64,000 nt of DNA from Malacoraja senta (GCA_038087875.1 JAXLNO010000096.1:62001-126000); one strand, 5' to 3'; positions 36,713 through 49,884 are shown, counted from the first letter of the stretch. Notes: a model not told the origin generated them from the sequence alone. Translations and numbers: made by a program.

Positions 36713-37432
36713 GTAAGTGCTTTCTCTTCGCCGGTCACAATCACCTTGCATTAATTATCATTGTCCGTGTAAACCCGCACCCATTGTCAATCTCGCTTTA
36801 CTCTCAACATCCCTGAATGTGCTGCTGCCTCACAAATCCACGCCATCCTTGCTGGACCTCCATTTCTGAGCCCATCCCATCAACTCCTTCTCCTTCTCCT
36901 GCACCGACAAGGTCCTTATCAAAGTCAGAAATGGCCTCCTGTGAGCTTGTTGCAGAGTTAAACTCTCCCTCCTCATCCCGCTCAGCCTCTGCAACCTTTG
37001 ACACGGTTGTCCACACCATCCTTCCCAACATATCCTCGCCACAGTCCAGGTGGGTGGAACTGCCCTCGACTTATCGATCCAGTCGCAGCCCGAGAACCCA
37101 GTACAATTTCTTCACTTCACGCTCCCACAAAGTTCCTTCAAAACCAGGTGTAGTTCCTCCACTATCCCCAACACAACCCCCTATCCCCACCTCCGTCTCC
37201 CTCCCTCCCACTCACTCACTTCTCTCATGTGATGAAATATCCCTGCATCAATCAGGCCAGGTTATTCCAGACAGACATCTCTTCACAAACCGTGTCTTCC
37301 TCGCTGGGGTTTCCAAGGAAGATCACAACTGTCTGGAATTAAATTCAGTTCAAAATTACTGATTACTGATATGGGGTGGGTGGGGAAAATGTGTTTTAAA
37401 TGTTAATTCTTCATTGTTCGTATTTGCAACAG

Positions 37433-37774
37433 AAAACAGAAATCGAATGTATTTCTTGGATAACCGAGGCGACATTGTGTTAAACGGAACAGACAATTCT
37501 GAGAAAGACACTGTTGTTGTCTGGAAATGGAAACCACACTCAGGGAAGAAAATCGGAAAATTGTCGACTTTTAGAAGAACGGGGGACGATTGGATCAAAG
37601 TGAAGGCCGCTGGCGAGAGTAAAGTGGACTTGTACCCGGAGATGAAAGTGAATTCCCGTACCCTTGATCTGACAATTGATAAACCCACATTTAAATGGGC
37701 GGGAATTTTCACTTTGGCTCAAACAGAACCGAGAAAGCAAATCCTGAAACAATATGAAATATTTGGGATGAAAG
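37433..37774 (+). CDS. Ig exon D1: V-sized domain lacking both canonical cysteines
   Basis: TTTGCAACAG|...AAAG|GTGAGT, 342 nt. Contains VWKWKP (C strand), LDLTIDKPTFKWAGIFT (E-F strands) and no Cys. Confidence 0.88.
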
Positions 37775-38069
37775 GTGAGTGGGTGCGATAAGGATCAATA
37801 ATGTTTAATTTATCTCTGTAAATATTGTCACCTATAATGATGAGAGATGGCGAGAATTGTGAGACTTCTTCCACCCGGTGAAAAGTAAAACAACTGGGGA
37901 AGTGTTTTTGTTCATTCATTCTGTAATGATCAGCAGGGGTGATAATAGTTTGATGACTTCACTGGGAACAGCAAATCAATGAATCGACCCGCAGCGAATA
38001 CCATGGTCTTCTTGCCGGCACACGGTAAGGTGATCGCGGCAAGGTGGTATGAAACCAATGTCTCCATGC

Positions 38070-40010
38070 AGTGGCCCCGGGGTGACACTTAATGCTACTT
38101 AGTGTTACCCTGTGACCAGGTGGATGGAAGTCCATCGTCTGTGGAACATGGGCTCTGCCATAGAGTTCACCTCTTGAGAGCAATCAGATACATCTAGAAG
38201 GAATCCAGATACGACCTTGATAAGGCCACCAAAAGTCCAAAAGAGACTTCTGCTCCAAGCTGGAGGATGAGGCAGATGTTCGGCAATTGTGGCGGGGCTT
38301 GAATGCAATCACCTCCTACAAGGCAATATCAGGAGGCAGCTCAAATGTCAGCGAAACATCACTCCCTGACGAGCTCAATGCGTTTTACGCTCGCTTTGAT
38401 AGGGAGAACACTGATGTGCCATCCCGAGCCCCCATTCGCCGTGATGGTATTTCGGTCACAGTCACAGAGGCCGACGTCAGGAAATCCCACAGAGAGGTGA
38501 ACCCTCGAAAAGCGCCTGGACCTGATGGTATACCTGGTCATGTTCTAAAAACATGTGCGGACCAACTGGCTGGAGTTTTTACAGACATTTTCAACCTCTC
38601 ACTTCTGAGGTCTGAGGTTCCAACCTGCTTTAAAGGGCATCAATCATACCGGTGCCCAAGAAGAGCAAGGTGACATGCCTCAACGACTATCGACCTGTGG
38701 CACAAACGCCTGTGGTGATGAAGTGCTTTGAGAGGTTGATCATGGCACAAATCAACTCCTACCTCGACAAAAACCTGGACCCACTGCAGTTTGCTTACCG
38801 CCACAACAGATCAATGGTGGATGCGATCTCGCTGGCCTTCCACTCCCTCTGGACCACTTGGACAACACAAACTCATATGTCAGGCTGTTATTCATCGATT
38901 ACAGCTCGCCATTTAACACAATCATCCCCTCCAAGCTGGTTACCAAACTCTCAGATCTGGGTCTCTGCGCATCCCTCTGCAACTGGATCCTCGATTTCCT
39001 CATTCACAGACCACAGTCTGTTCGTATTGGTGGAAATGTGTCAGCCTCGATAACAATCAGCATGGGAGCACCTCAAGGCTGCGTGCTCAGCCCCCTACTG
39101 TACTCACTCTATACACATGACTGTGTAGCCGGACATAGTGCAAACTCCATCATCAAGTTCGCGGATGACACCGCTGTTGTGGGACGTATCACTGATGGGG
39201 ACGAGTCAGAGTATAGAAGTGAGATCGACCGATTGACCAAATAGTGCCAGCACAATAACCTGGCGCTCAACACCAGCAAAACCAAGGAATTGATTGTGGA
39301 CTTTGCAAGGGGTAGGATCGGGGCCCACAGTCCCGTTTATATCAACGGGTCGATGGTGGAAAGGGTCAAGAGCTTCAAATACCTGGGCGTGCATATTTCT
39401 GAAGATCTCTCCTGGTCCCAGAACACTGATGCAATTATAAAGTAAGCTCATCAGCGCCTCTACTTCCTGGGAAGATTACGGAGAGTCGGTATGTCAAGGA
39501 GGAATCTCTCGAACTTCTACAGGTACACAGTAGAGAGCATGCTGACCGGTTGCATCGTGGCTTGGATCGGCAACTTGAGCGTCCAGGAGCGGAAAAGGCC
39601 ACACAAGGTAGTAAACACTGCCCAGTCCATCATCGGCTCTGACCTCCCTTCCATCGAGGGGATCTATCGCAGTCGCTGCCTCAAAAAGGCTGGCAGCATC
39701 ATCAAGGACCCACACCATCCTGGCCACACACTCATCTCCCCGCTACCTTCAGGTAGAAGGTACAGGAGCCTGAAATCTGCAACGACCAGGTTCAGGAATA
39801 GCTACTTCCCCAAAGCCATCAGACTATTAAACACGTCTTCAAACAAACTGTGAACTATAACAGCCTATTGCACTTTATCTGTTTATTTATGTGTGTATAT
39901 ATATATATTCTATGGTACATGGACACACTGATCTGTTCTGTATTGATGCCTACAATATTCTGTTGTGCTGCAGCAAGCAAGAATGTCCTTGTCCTATCTG
40001 GGACTTGACT
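38070..40010 (+). mobile_element. Rex1/Babar-clade LINE, 5'-truncated and degenerate, in the D1-D2 intron
   Basis: [51 protein letters not shown] and IIKDPHHPGH..LPSGRRYRS; frameshifts and stops. Confidence 0.9.
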
Positions 40011-40058
40011 TGTACAAACCACTACTCACTCTGAATCTCATTGATCTGTTTTTCACAG

Positions 40059-40325
40059 TTGAGGCAAGTCCACAGAAGCCTCTGCTGGGCAGTGACGTCA
40101 CACTCAGCTGCAACATCTCCAGACTCTCAGATACAGTCAGTCTTCACTTGAGACCCATGGACTCATCCCAGCAGAACAGGAGCAACACTGATCAGATCCG
40201 CCTGAATAACACGGTCTATCTGATGGTTCAACACGTTACAGTGGAGGATGGGAAGTATGTGTGTGATGTGCAGGAAAACGGAAACATTGTTCACACAAGT
40301 AACGGAGATTTCACTGTAGACAACA
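40059..40325 (+). CDS. Ig exon D2: C2/I-type domain
   Basis: TTTCACAG|TT...AACA|GTGAGT, 267 nt. Contains GSDVTLSC and EDGKYVC. Confidence 0.9.
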
Positions 40326-41374
40326 GTGAGTGTAAACCCCTCCCATTGGATATCAAGTAGACACTTGTATCACGGTGCTTCTTGTAATATTATGTGTGTG
40401 CCCTGTGAAGAACTGTGGCAGTGACCAACTGCTCTCCAGTATAAAATGCTGCAATGATCAGGGAGATTACAGAAAGTCTCTCTGTGGAGCAGCTGCCTGC
40501 TTGTCTCTGTGTGACAGACACACAGCACAGGAGGGGGATGTCTTTCTGTAACCATTGTTCAGTGAAGTATTTTGTCAGTTTATCTTGCCATCAATGCTCC
40601 AGTATCTGAGACTGAGATACTGATACAGGACTCACGTCAAAGTGTCAGATAGAAAGTGTAGTCACCATGACAACCACCAGCACTTGCTGCTCACACTCAC
40701 ACTGGGGATCCCGGCCCACACATCAGCACTGAACAACAATCCATCCCCTCTCCCCTCACTGACCCTTCTCTCCGAGTCTGGTGTTGCTTGAAGTGATTCC
40801 AGCTGCTGCAGACTCGGGCTTCGGATCAGCATTCAGCTGGGAGCAGGACCCGGGAACAGGGAAGGACAGGGAATCAATGGGTGTGAATGGGAGAGGGATG
40901 GTGGGAATAATGGGAATGAAGGGACGGGAAGACCCGACCCACTTGAAGTGCCAAACCTGTCCGGGTCAGTCCCCGCGCAGGCATCCTCTGGGCTGCTTCT
41001 GTCCGCAGCCTGAACCTGCACCACCTCCTGCAGACAGACTGACAGAGACATTCACCTCCCAGACCGCTCTCGGGAGTCTCCGGGAGGTTTCATTCCATCC
41101 CGGGAGATTCCCGGACAGTCCGGGTGTGGGGGCGAACCCAATGTTGAAATGTAGAGTGGAATATCCAAACTTCACTGCAATTTACTGCCGTACAGGACCT
41201 TGTATTTTATAAAGATCTGATGAGTTTAGTGCGGCATTCATGAAAGATGTTACATTTGAAACTTGATCAGCTGAACAAAACACCACGAATGTTTATAAGA
41301 ATACGGTTGAGAATCTCTGTATGGCACGGTAACTGTAATACTGAAAGGAGTTATCCTCTGTCTCTCTGATACAG

Positions 41375-41716
41375 ATTTATCTAATGAGAGATACACACTT
41401 TACCGCTCCAGCACAGATCACAGTGAACTTCACCTGGTTTGTTCTGGGAGTTATGGTCGTAGCTATTCCCGTGCTGAGTGGTTCTGGACACCTCTTCACC
41501 TTCAACAGCAGAAAGTAATAGCATCTGCAGAACGTTCTCAGCCCAACAATGTCAATGGGACCGACTTCGGGAATCGACTGGTGACCTCAGGGAAACCCTT
41601 CGAAGGCAAGGATTTCAGTGTGAGGATTGTCCCCGTTTTGTTTCAAGATGCCGGAGTTTACGCCTGTTATCTGGAACCAAAGCCATTTCCCATCATTGAT
41701 CTAATCACAGTGAAAG
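41375..41716 (+). CDS. Ig exon D3: canonical V domain
   Basis: CTGATACAG|AT...AAAG|GTAGG, 342 nt. Contains LHLVC..EWFW..FGNRL..DFSVRI..FQDAGVYAC. Confidence 0.92.
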
Positions 41717-41794
41717 GTAGGAGACAGAATGTTGCCACTGAGTTTACTGATGAACTTGTTGTTTAAAATGTAAACAACCTGCTTGTTTCCACAG

Positions 41795-42055
41795 TCACAG
41801 CTGAACCGTATGATGCAGTGACTGAGGGAGACACCGTTACCCTGACCTGCTCTGTGTCTCACGTCATTGGGTCAATGAGACTGGTTTGGATCAATGGCGA
41901 TGGCAAAAGGGTTGGAGAAAAGACACTGACCGGGAAAGAGAAATCACCGAGTCTGGTTATTCAGAAAGCTGAGAGAGGCAGAGGGAACTGGAGATGTGGT
42001 TTGTTTCATCAAGACCTGCCCTGGCTTTTTGTCCCGTACTATCAGGAGCCCCGTG
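41795..42055 (+). CDS. Ig exon D4: C2 domain with WxC motif
   Basis: Follows a 78-nt intron. TTTCCACAG|TC...CGTG|GTAAGT, 261 nt. Contains EGDTVTLTC..LVWIN..GNWRC. Confidence 0.92.
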
Positions 42056-43065
42056 GTAAGTGATAAGGGTTTGTTCTTCATACTTAGAGTCACGATTGAG
42101 TTTTGATGTCGCTTATTGATCCTGAAATTTGAGTGGAATGTTTTCTTCCAGTTTGTGTGGTCTAACTCTGTTATGAATACCGAATTCTCAAATTTCAAAT
42201 AACACTTCCCGAACCCCACTTCTCCCCCCCCCTTCATTGTGCACGCATTTATCCCACCACCCAGTTATCTTATTCCCTTCCCTTCTTCTTTCAACTCATC
42301 TCCCACCTCTTCCAATTGCAGAGTTTTCCTTTTATGTTCTTGCTCCACTTCCACCCATATCCCTCCCTCTGTTACTGATCTGACTGTAGATCAGTCAATA
42401 TTAGTTGACCTGATCTATGTCATGTTTTACTGCGTGCCGCTGTGTACTCAAACAGTCATCATATTATCTAATCTGTTAGTCCAGCCTCTAGTTAGATTCG
42501 TTGCTGAGCTTGAGCTTACAACACCTAAGTATTTGAGCTCTGTGTGTTTACTATAACAAACAACTTCTTCTTATGTATGGATCCTGTTATTACACATGTT
42601 TATACTGACAACCTTTTGTCTCAATTTAACCCCTCCATTTTGTCATTATCTCCATCCATCTACTCATCACCATTCCCCACCTGTATCCACCTATCACTCA
42701 CCATGCTTTGTCTCATGCCTACTTCCCTTCCCCAGTTGTCACTCTCCCATTCCATCAGTCTGAGAATGCATCCTGACATGAAACGTCATCAATCCATTCC
42801 CTCCACAGATGCTGCCTGACCCATTGAGTTTCTCCAACGCTTTGCGTTTGATCAACAATCCACAATCTGCAGTTTCTTGTGTCTCCATGGAGACCCACTG
42901 GTCAGCGTGGACAGATTGCTGCAGAGGTCCTGTTTCCATGCTGTTCCATGATGATGAATTATAACGTACAACTTAGTAAAGATTAATTCTCTGCAATATT
43001 GCTAATGACAAGGTCAGTGAAACATTATTGTCCAAAATTTACACATTTGTTCTCTTTTCCTACAG

Positions 43066-43410
43066 GAAGTGGACATTCTATTTACTTTTTCCATCTGGAA
43101 GGCAACTTTGTATTGAAAGGACCAGACAGTCCTGGAAATGGCCCCATTGACTTGGAATGGAGGCCACACTCAGGGCATCAAACCACAAAGCGATTGGCCA
43201 CTTTCCGCAGAGAAGATCAGCAGTGGGCCGTACAATGGAGTGATGAGTACAATCAAATACCAGGCATCTCCCAGAGGATGCATGCGGACTGGGGTACCTT
43301 TAATCTGAGGATCAGGATGCCCACATTCAAACTTGCGGGACTGTTCACCTGGAATCAGACACAGCCCGCTGGGAAAATCCTGAGACAGTGGGAACTATTT
43401 GGGATCAAAG
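43066..43410 (+). CDS. Ig exon D5: Cys-less V-like domain, paralogue of D1
   Basis: TTCCTACAG|GA...AAAG|GTAAT, 345 nt. Contains LEWRPHSG, PTFKLAGLFT and ILRQWELFGIK. Confidence 0.88.
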
Positions 43411-44020
43411 GTAATAGAGTCATAGTGTCACACAGCACTGAAACAGGCCCTTTGGCCCAATTCATCCATACTGACCAACTACCCATCTAAACATCCAATT
43501 TGCCCTCATTTGGCCCATATCCCTTCAACCATTTTTTCCCATATACCTGTTTAAATGCCCTTTAAATGCTGTACCTGCATCAAACACTTCCTCTGCTCGA
43601 TCTTTCTTAAAGTATGTTCATGTACCACACTTTTTGTCATAAAACTGCCCCTAATATTAAGGGGTATATCAAATCTGCCCCTCTCACCTTAAACATGTAC
43701 TATCTAGTATTTGATTCCCCAACCCTGGGAAAAAGACCATGTGCGATTACTATAGATATGCCTCTCATGATTTTATTCACTCCCATATAATCTCTGTTAA
43801 AGACATCCAAGAAATATAATCAGTCTGAAGAAGGGTCTCAACCTGAAACGTCACCTATCTATGTTCTCTAGAGTTCAAAGGTCTTTTATTGTCACGTGTA
43901 CCAATTAGGGGGCAGTGATATTCATATTACCAGACCTGCTGAATTACTCCTGCACTTTATGTCCTTTTATATATTAACCAGCATCTGCAGTTCTGTGTTT
44001 CTACTATACTAAAACATCCC

Positions 44021-44567
44021 TACCTGGAAGTGTTGACGTGGGAGACGAGGGGGCGAGGGGGACAGGTGGTCACTACCAGGAAGTGTTGATGTGGGAGACG
44101 AGGGGGCGAGGGGGACAGGTGGTCACTACGAGGAAGTGTTGATGTGGGAGACGAGGGAGCGAGGGGGACAGGTGGTCACTACCAGGAAGTGTTGATGTGG
44201 GAGATGAGGGGGCGAGGGGGACAGGTGGTCACTACCAGAAAGTGTTGATGTGGGAGATGAGGGGGCGAGGGGGACAGGTGGTCACTGCCAGGAAGTGTTG
44301 ATGTGGGAGACGAGGGGGCGAGGGGGACAGGTGGTCACTACCAGGAAGTGTTGATGTGGGAGACGAGCGGGCGAGGGGAACAGGTGGTCACTACCAGGAA
44401 GTGTTGATGTGGGAGACGAGGGGGCGAGGGGGACAGGTGGTCACTACCAGGAAGTGTTGATGTGGGAGACGAGGGGGCGAGGGGGACAGGTGGTCACTAC
44501 CAGGAAGTGTTGATGTGGGAGACGAGGGGGCGAGGGGGACAGGTGGTCACTACCAGGAAGTGTTGAT
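44021..44567. repeat. 53-bp minisatellite, about 10 copies, in the D5-D6 intron
   Basis: Unit CCAGGAAGTGTTGATGTGGGAGACGAGGGGGCGAGGGGGACAGGTGGTCACTA. Confidence 0.96.
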
Positions 44568-44690
44568 GCCATCACTGAGCACGGCAGCTCAACATTCAGC
44601 CGACTGTCTGTCTGCAGGAAAAAGACAATTCTGCCCACAGTATTTCAGAAAGCTGTTGGTGAACCGAACCACATGTGTCTGTTTCCACAG

Positions 44691-44963
44691 TTGAGGCCGA
44701 CTCACCGAGGCCTGTAATGGGCAGTGATATCACCCTCAGCTGTACCATCTCCAGACTCCCAGATACCATCAGTCTTCACTGGAAACCAAGAGGTTCATCT
44801 CAGCAGAACAGGAGGAATAACACTGATCAGATCCGTCTGAATAACGCCGTCTATCTGATGATCCAACACATTGGAGCAGGAAATCCCAATCTGTACACAT
44901 GGGAAGTGCAGGAAAATGGCTCCATTGTTCTCACTGGAGACACCAATGTTGAAGTGGATCAGG
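44691..44963 (+). CDS. Ig exon D6: paralogue of D2; F-strand Cys replaced by Trp
   Basis: GTTTCCACAG|TT...CAGG|GTGAGT, 273 nt. Contains GSDITLSC..LHWKP..NLYTW. Confidence 0.9.
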
Positions 44964-45284
44964 GTGAGTTCAAAGCTGCCTTGCAGCAGGTATTAAATAG
45001 TTCTTGATACCAAACTGTTCCACATGTTGTATAGTGAGCACTGACTCCACCCGTGGGCTTCCACACTGCAGGATGTGGACATTGCCTTTAACCTGGGACA
45101 TGGTGTAAATATAAAATGGTGGCACTAAGATTGATGGAGCAACACAGGAGAACCAAGGGATTCATTTCAGTTCACCTGCATGAATCAAAGAGAATAATAT
45201 CCAGTGATGGAAATAACATCTAGTTTTCAGTGTATAACAGAACAGGAAAATATGAACGAATTCAAGTATAAATGCAGAGGGAAT

Positions 45285-46000
45285 ATCAGAATCAGAATCA
45301 GAATCACCTTTTATTGGCCACGTAATCATACACAAGGAATTTGACAGTGCTTTGCTCGCATGTGGTAAAAACACGATATACAACAGACAATTAAAAATAA
45401 AACATTATAATTTAAACATGTGAAAATAAGGTACCGGAGTAAAAAGAGGCCACCGACTTTTGGCTGTTGAGTAGAGCTACGGCTCGTGGGAAGAAGTTGT
45501 TTTTATGTCTGGCTGTGGCAGCTTTGACAGTCCGGACTCACCTGCCAGAGGGAAGTGATTCAAAGAGCTTGTGGCCAGGGTTAGAGGGGTCAGAGATGGT
45601 CTTGCCCGCTCGCTTCCTGGCCCTTGCAGTGTACAGTTCATCAATGGAGGGAAGGTTGCAGCCAATTACCTTCTCAGCTGATCGGACGATTCGCTGCAGC
45701 CTCCAGGTGTCGTGCTTGGTGGCTGAGCCAAACCAGACCATGATGGAGAAGGTCAAGACAGACTACGATGGCCGTGTAGAATTGGACCATCATTGCCTGT
45801 GGCAGGTTGTGTTTCCTCAGCTGCCGCAGGAAGTACATCCTCTGTTGGGACTTTTTGACTGTGGAGTCGATGGTGGCCTCCCATTTAAGGCGCTGGAGAT
45901 GATGATTCCAAAGAAATGAAATGACTCCACAGTTGTGACTGTGGTGTTGTTGAAGAAAAGTGGGAGGAGGGGCGGGGGAGCTCTACAATCAGGAGGGGAG
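45285..46000 (-). mobile_element. Rex/Babar-type LINE 3' fragment
   Basis: ORF 45538..45756- (FSIMVWFGSA..LQRIVRSAEKVIG..HKLFESLPSGR) and a (GATTCT)n tail. Confidence 0.8.
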
Positions 46001-46104
46001 GATTGTGTCTACAATCAATTCCACTGTCTTAAGAGCACTGAGCTTCAGGTTGTTGCGATGTCAACAGGACACCAGCTTTATGATTAGGGTGACTTGGACA
46101 TCGT

Positions 46105-46500
46105 GCTGAAGTAAGCATGCAGGTACCGCAGGCAATGGAGAAAGCAAATGGCATGTTGGCCTTCATAGCGAGATGATTTGAGTATAGGAGCAAAGAGATC
46201 CTACTGCAGATGTACTGGGCCCTGGTGAGACCACACCTGGAGTATTGTGTGCAGTTTTGGTCTCCTAGTTTGAGAAAGGACATTCTTGCTATCGAGGGAG
46301 TGCATCATAGGTTCACCAGGTTAATTCCTGGAATGGCGGACTGACATATAATGAAAGATTGGATCGACTGGGTTTATATTCACTGAAATTTAGAAGGATG
46401 AGAGGGTATCTTATAGAACCGTGTAAAATTATTAAGGGATTGGGCAGGCTAGATGCAGGAATAATGTTCCCCATGTTGGGCGAATCCAGAACCAGGGTTC
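46105..46500 (+). mobile_element. CR1 internal fragment
   Basis: Resembles CR1 ORF2 C-terminal DNA (ANGMLAFI, LVRPHLEYCVQFW). Confidence 0.8.
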
Positions 46501-46606
46501 CCAGCTGACATCCCAGAGCCGGGGTTTTTTCCCTGTGGAAACTCACAACATTGTATATCGGCGTGTGTGAAAATCTAATTCTTTGTTCCCTGTCCCTCTC
46601 TTGCAG

Positions 46607-46942
46607 GTTTACACAAGACGTACACAGTTTATCGCTCAGTCACAGATCACAGTGAACTCGACCTTATTTGTGAAGCTTCTCCTGAGCTCAGTGAAACCAA
46701 ATGGACTTGGAGATCACAACGTTTCCAGAATCAAGAGAAGGAAATAGCTTCTTCTCACAGGTCTGAGCCGATACATGTCGACAGGAGCTACTTTGGGAAT
46801 CGCCTGGAAACCACAGAGGGAAATGTGAATGGCAAGAATTTCCATGTGAGGATTGTCCCCGTGCAGTTTGCAGATGCTGGAGTTTACACATGTTCCACAG
46901 GATCAAATATATATGTGAACATTGAACTAATCACAGTTACAG
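46607..46942 (+). CDS. Ig exon D7: canonical V domain, paralogue of D3
   Basis: CTCTTGCAG|GT...ACAG|GTAGG, 336 nt. Contains LDLIC..KWTW..FGNRL..FHVRI..FADAGVYTC. Confidence 0.92.
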
Positions 46943-47931
46943 GTAGGAGACTGGATGTTACTACTTTCAAGAATTAAGTTACTGGTGTAGAGTTTCTAAT
47001 CTGAGTACAGACTGCAATGTCAGCAGAAATTCCCAAGTTTGAAGAGTTATTGTACCTCCAGAGCTTCCTCTTCAACTTATTTGTATTTTGCTGAACCCAA
47101 AATCTGCCTTAAACCAACATTATTGGGAAGCACATCAAATGTTATTTTTATTTATTTAGTTGAAAACACATTGTTTTATACATAAGAGATGGAATATGAT
47201 GAAATGTGATTCACAAAGGTGCAAATGAGCTTCTATCGAAAATATTTTTTAAATCATTCAACTTCTCTTAACACATTCCCCAAGTTTCTTTGACCCCAAA
47301 CGACACATCCTAATTTTTGAAGGCTCACTGGAGGCTTAAAACTGAGTGTATTTTGTGGAATTTATCGATTAATATTTACCTGGATGAGTGTTGTGGCCAA
47401 AACTGTGGCCAGAGACAATGATGTGGGCATTGGTTGCTCTTTGAATAATTAGTTCATAAATGGTGTGAATGATTATGGAAAAGACACTTGGAGAGGTACA
47501 TGGATGGGAAAGGTGCACAGGGATATGGGCCAAATGTGGGAACATATTTTAGATGGAGCATCTTGGGTGGCATGGATGAGTTGGGCTGAATGGACCGAAT
47601 TGTTTCATGCTGTATGACTATGCCTCTAACTCTTGTTGTGTAATATAATTTTCCACACTTAGAACGCCAGATACTGGTGTCAAACATAGAAACATAGAAA
47701 CATAGAAAATAGGTGCAGGAGTAGGCCATTCGGCCCTTCGAGCCTGCACCGCCATTCAATATGATCATGGCCGATCATCCAACTCAGTATCCCGTACCCG
47801 CCTTCTCTCCATACCCCCTGATCCCTTTAGCCACAAGGGCCACATCTAACTCCATCTTAAATATAGCCAATGTACTGAGAAAACACAATCCAGACAAAAT
47901 TAATTGTTTTACGATTTTCTTCTTTCCACAG

Positions 47932-48202
47932 TCACAACTGAACCATCTGGCGCAGTGACTGAGGGAAGAAAGATTACCCTGACCTGCTCTGTGTCTCATG
48001 TCACTGAGTCAATAAGACTGGGTTTGGATCAATGATGAAGGCAAAGTTGTAGAGGAGAAAAACCTCATTCAAACAAAGCAGCAGAACAATTCTTTGCAGC
48101 TGATTATTGCAATAGCTGATGGAGTAAGAAGGAAATGGACATGTGGTTTGTTTCATCAAAGTACAGCCAAGGTTTTCATTCCATATAATCTGCATGTGAA
48201 CA
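47932..48202 (+). CDS. Ig exon D8: C2 domain with WxC, paralogue of D4; carries a +1 frameshift
   Basis: TTTCCACAG|TC...AACA|GTAAGT, 271 nt (3n+1). CTGGGTTTGG here versus CTGGTTTGG in D4 gives TGA at 48033-48035. The corrected frame reads LVWINDEG..RKWTCGLFHQ. Confidence 0.85.
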
Positions 48203-48814
48203 GTAAGTTTCTTAGCTTCTGCTCTTCGTTATCTCGACACAGAGTTCTTGTCACGTTGCTATTCTTTTTGGATAACTTTTAACATTCCATGTCTTACTGC
48301 AAATAGAGCTCAATCATAGACATTTCCTTCAAACCTCTTGTCCATGCCTATAAGGTCACTTCTATTGTAAGTAGTCCAGGTCTCTGAAGCACATGGGAGC
48401 ACATGGATCACTACTGCTGGCAGACCACTGACCAAGACCTGTGTTGGCCATCTCATTGAGGGTGATCGGGAATTTCATCATCAATGTCTGTTCTTGTTGA
48501 TGTGTCTCCACAGGTATGAAAACTGGTCCAGTAGTATGTAAACCGGTGTGTCAGTGTGAACCTTTTTGTCAGAAGTCAGTATAGTAAGGTGGGCAGCTTG
48601 GTGGAAGATCTTTGCCATAACACGCAAACTGTGCGCCTTAAAGATCACAAAAGTAGTGAAAATCATCTTAAAAATAGTTGTACAAGTTTCTTTCCCCTGT
48701 TCTGATGCTGTAAAACATTACAGCGGTTGAAGGATCCACAGTAACTTCACCAAAGGCTGCCATGGGAGAACAGAAGATGTGGGGGAGGGAATACTGATGT
48801 CTTCACCTTGTCTG

Positions 48815-49120
48815 ATCATGGTGGCTCAGTGGTAGGGTTGCTGCCTTACAGCGCCAGAGACCCGGGTTCAATCCTGACTACAGGTGCTGTCTGTATGGAG
48901 TTTGTACCTTCATCCCGTGCCCTGCGTGGGTTTTCTCCAGGATTCCCGGTTTTCTCCCAAATTCCAAAGATGTACAAGTCTGTAGGTTAATAGGCTTGGT
49001 TTAATTGTATGTTGTCCCTGGTGTGTGTAGGATAGTGTTAGTCTGTGGGAATCGCTGGTTGGTGCGGACTCGGCGAGCAGAAGGACCTGTTTCCGTGCTG
49101 TATCTCTAAACTAAACTAAA
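48815..49120 (+). mobile_element. V-SINE (HE1-like)
   Basis: Head GTGGCTCAGTGGTAG..GGGTTCAATCC and (CTAAA)n tail. Confidence 0.85.
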
Positions 49121-49884
49121 CACGCCCTTTCCTCCCAATCCCACCCATCCATTAATCCCTGCCCTTCATGCGGTCCCAAGCCTCGGGGAAAGACATTTTG
49201 TACAATGCTGACAGAAGGCAAAGCACTGATCCCTAACAGAGGAAGATCCTGTAAACACGCAGGCACAAAGAAACAATCTCCACCACACATAGATCAATGA
49301 AGAGTCAGTGAAGCACAACGTGGAAAGTATCAATGTCCCAACAGGAACACTTTAATTCCTCACAGATAATGACATCATCCAATCATAGAATTGTGGAATG
49401 GTTGTAGCACGGAAGGTGGCCATTTGACCCATCATATCCATGCTAACTCTCATCCAGTGCAACTCGCTAATTCTACCCCCTCTACTTTTGTCATTACATT
49501 GCAGCTTTTTCATCACTATATATTTCTCCAATTCTCTCTGGACAGCCACGATAGAACCCAGCTCCCCAACTGATGCAGACAGTACACTTCAGACTCCAAC
49601 TACCTGCTGCCTAAAAAGATTTTCCTCAAGTCATTCTAGCATGTTTTCCCCTTTATTTTAAACCTATAACTTTTTGTGCTCAGCCTTTCCACTGAAGGGA
49701 GCATCCTTCCACAATCCATTCTGTTCAGACTGAATAAATGATGCATAAATGAACAATGATGCCATTGATGTGATGAAAGAGCATTATTGACTCTTGTCTT
49801 CAAACTCTCTCTTCAGTGTGCCATGGTAATAACTGGACAGAGAACAGCCATAAAAAGAATCTTAATTATACCAACCATGTTTAC

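Noticed and set aside
40930..41142. Possible DNA-transposon terminus with CCGGGA repeats in the D2-D3 intron
   Set aside because: I could not identify a matching second TIR or a TSD.
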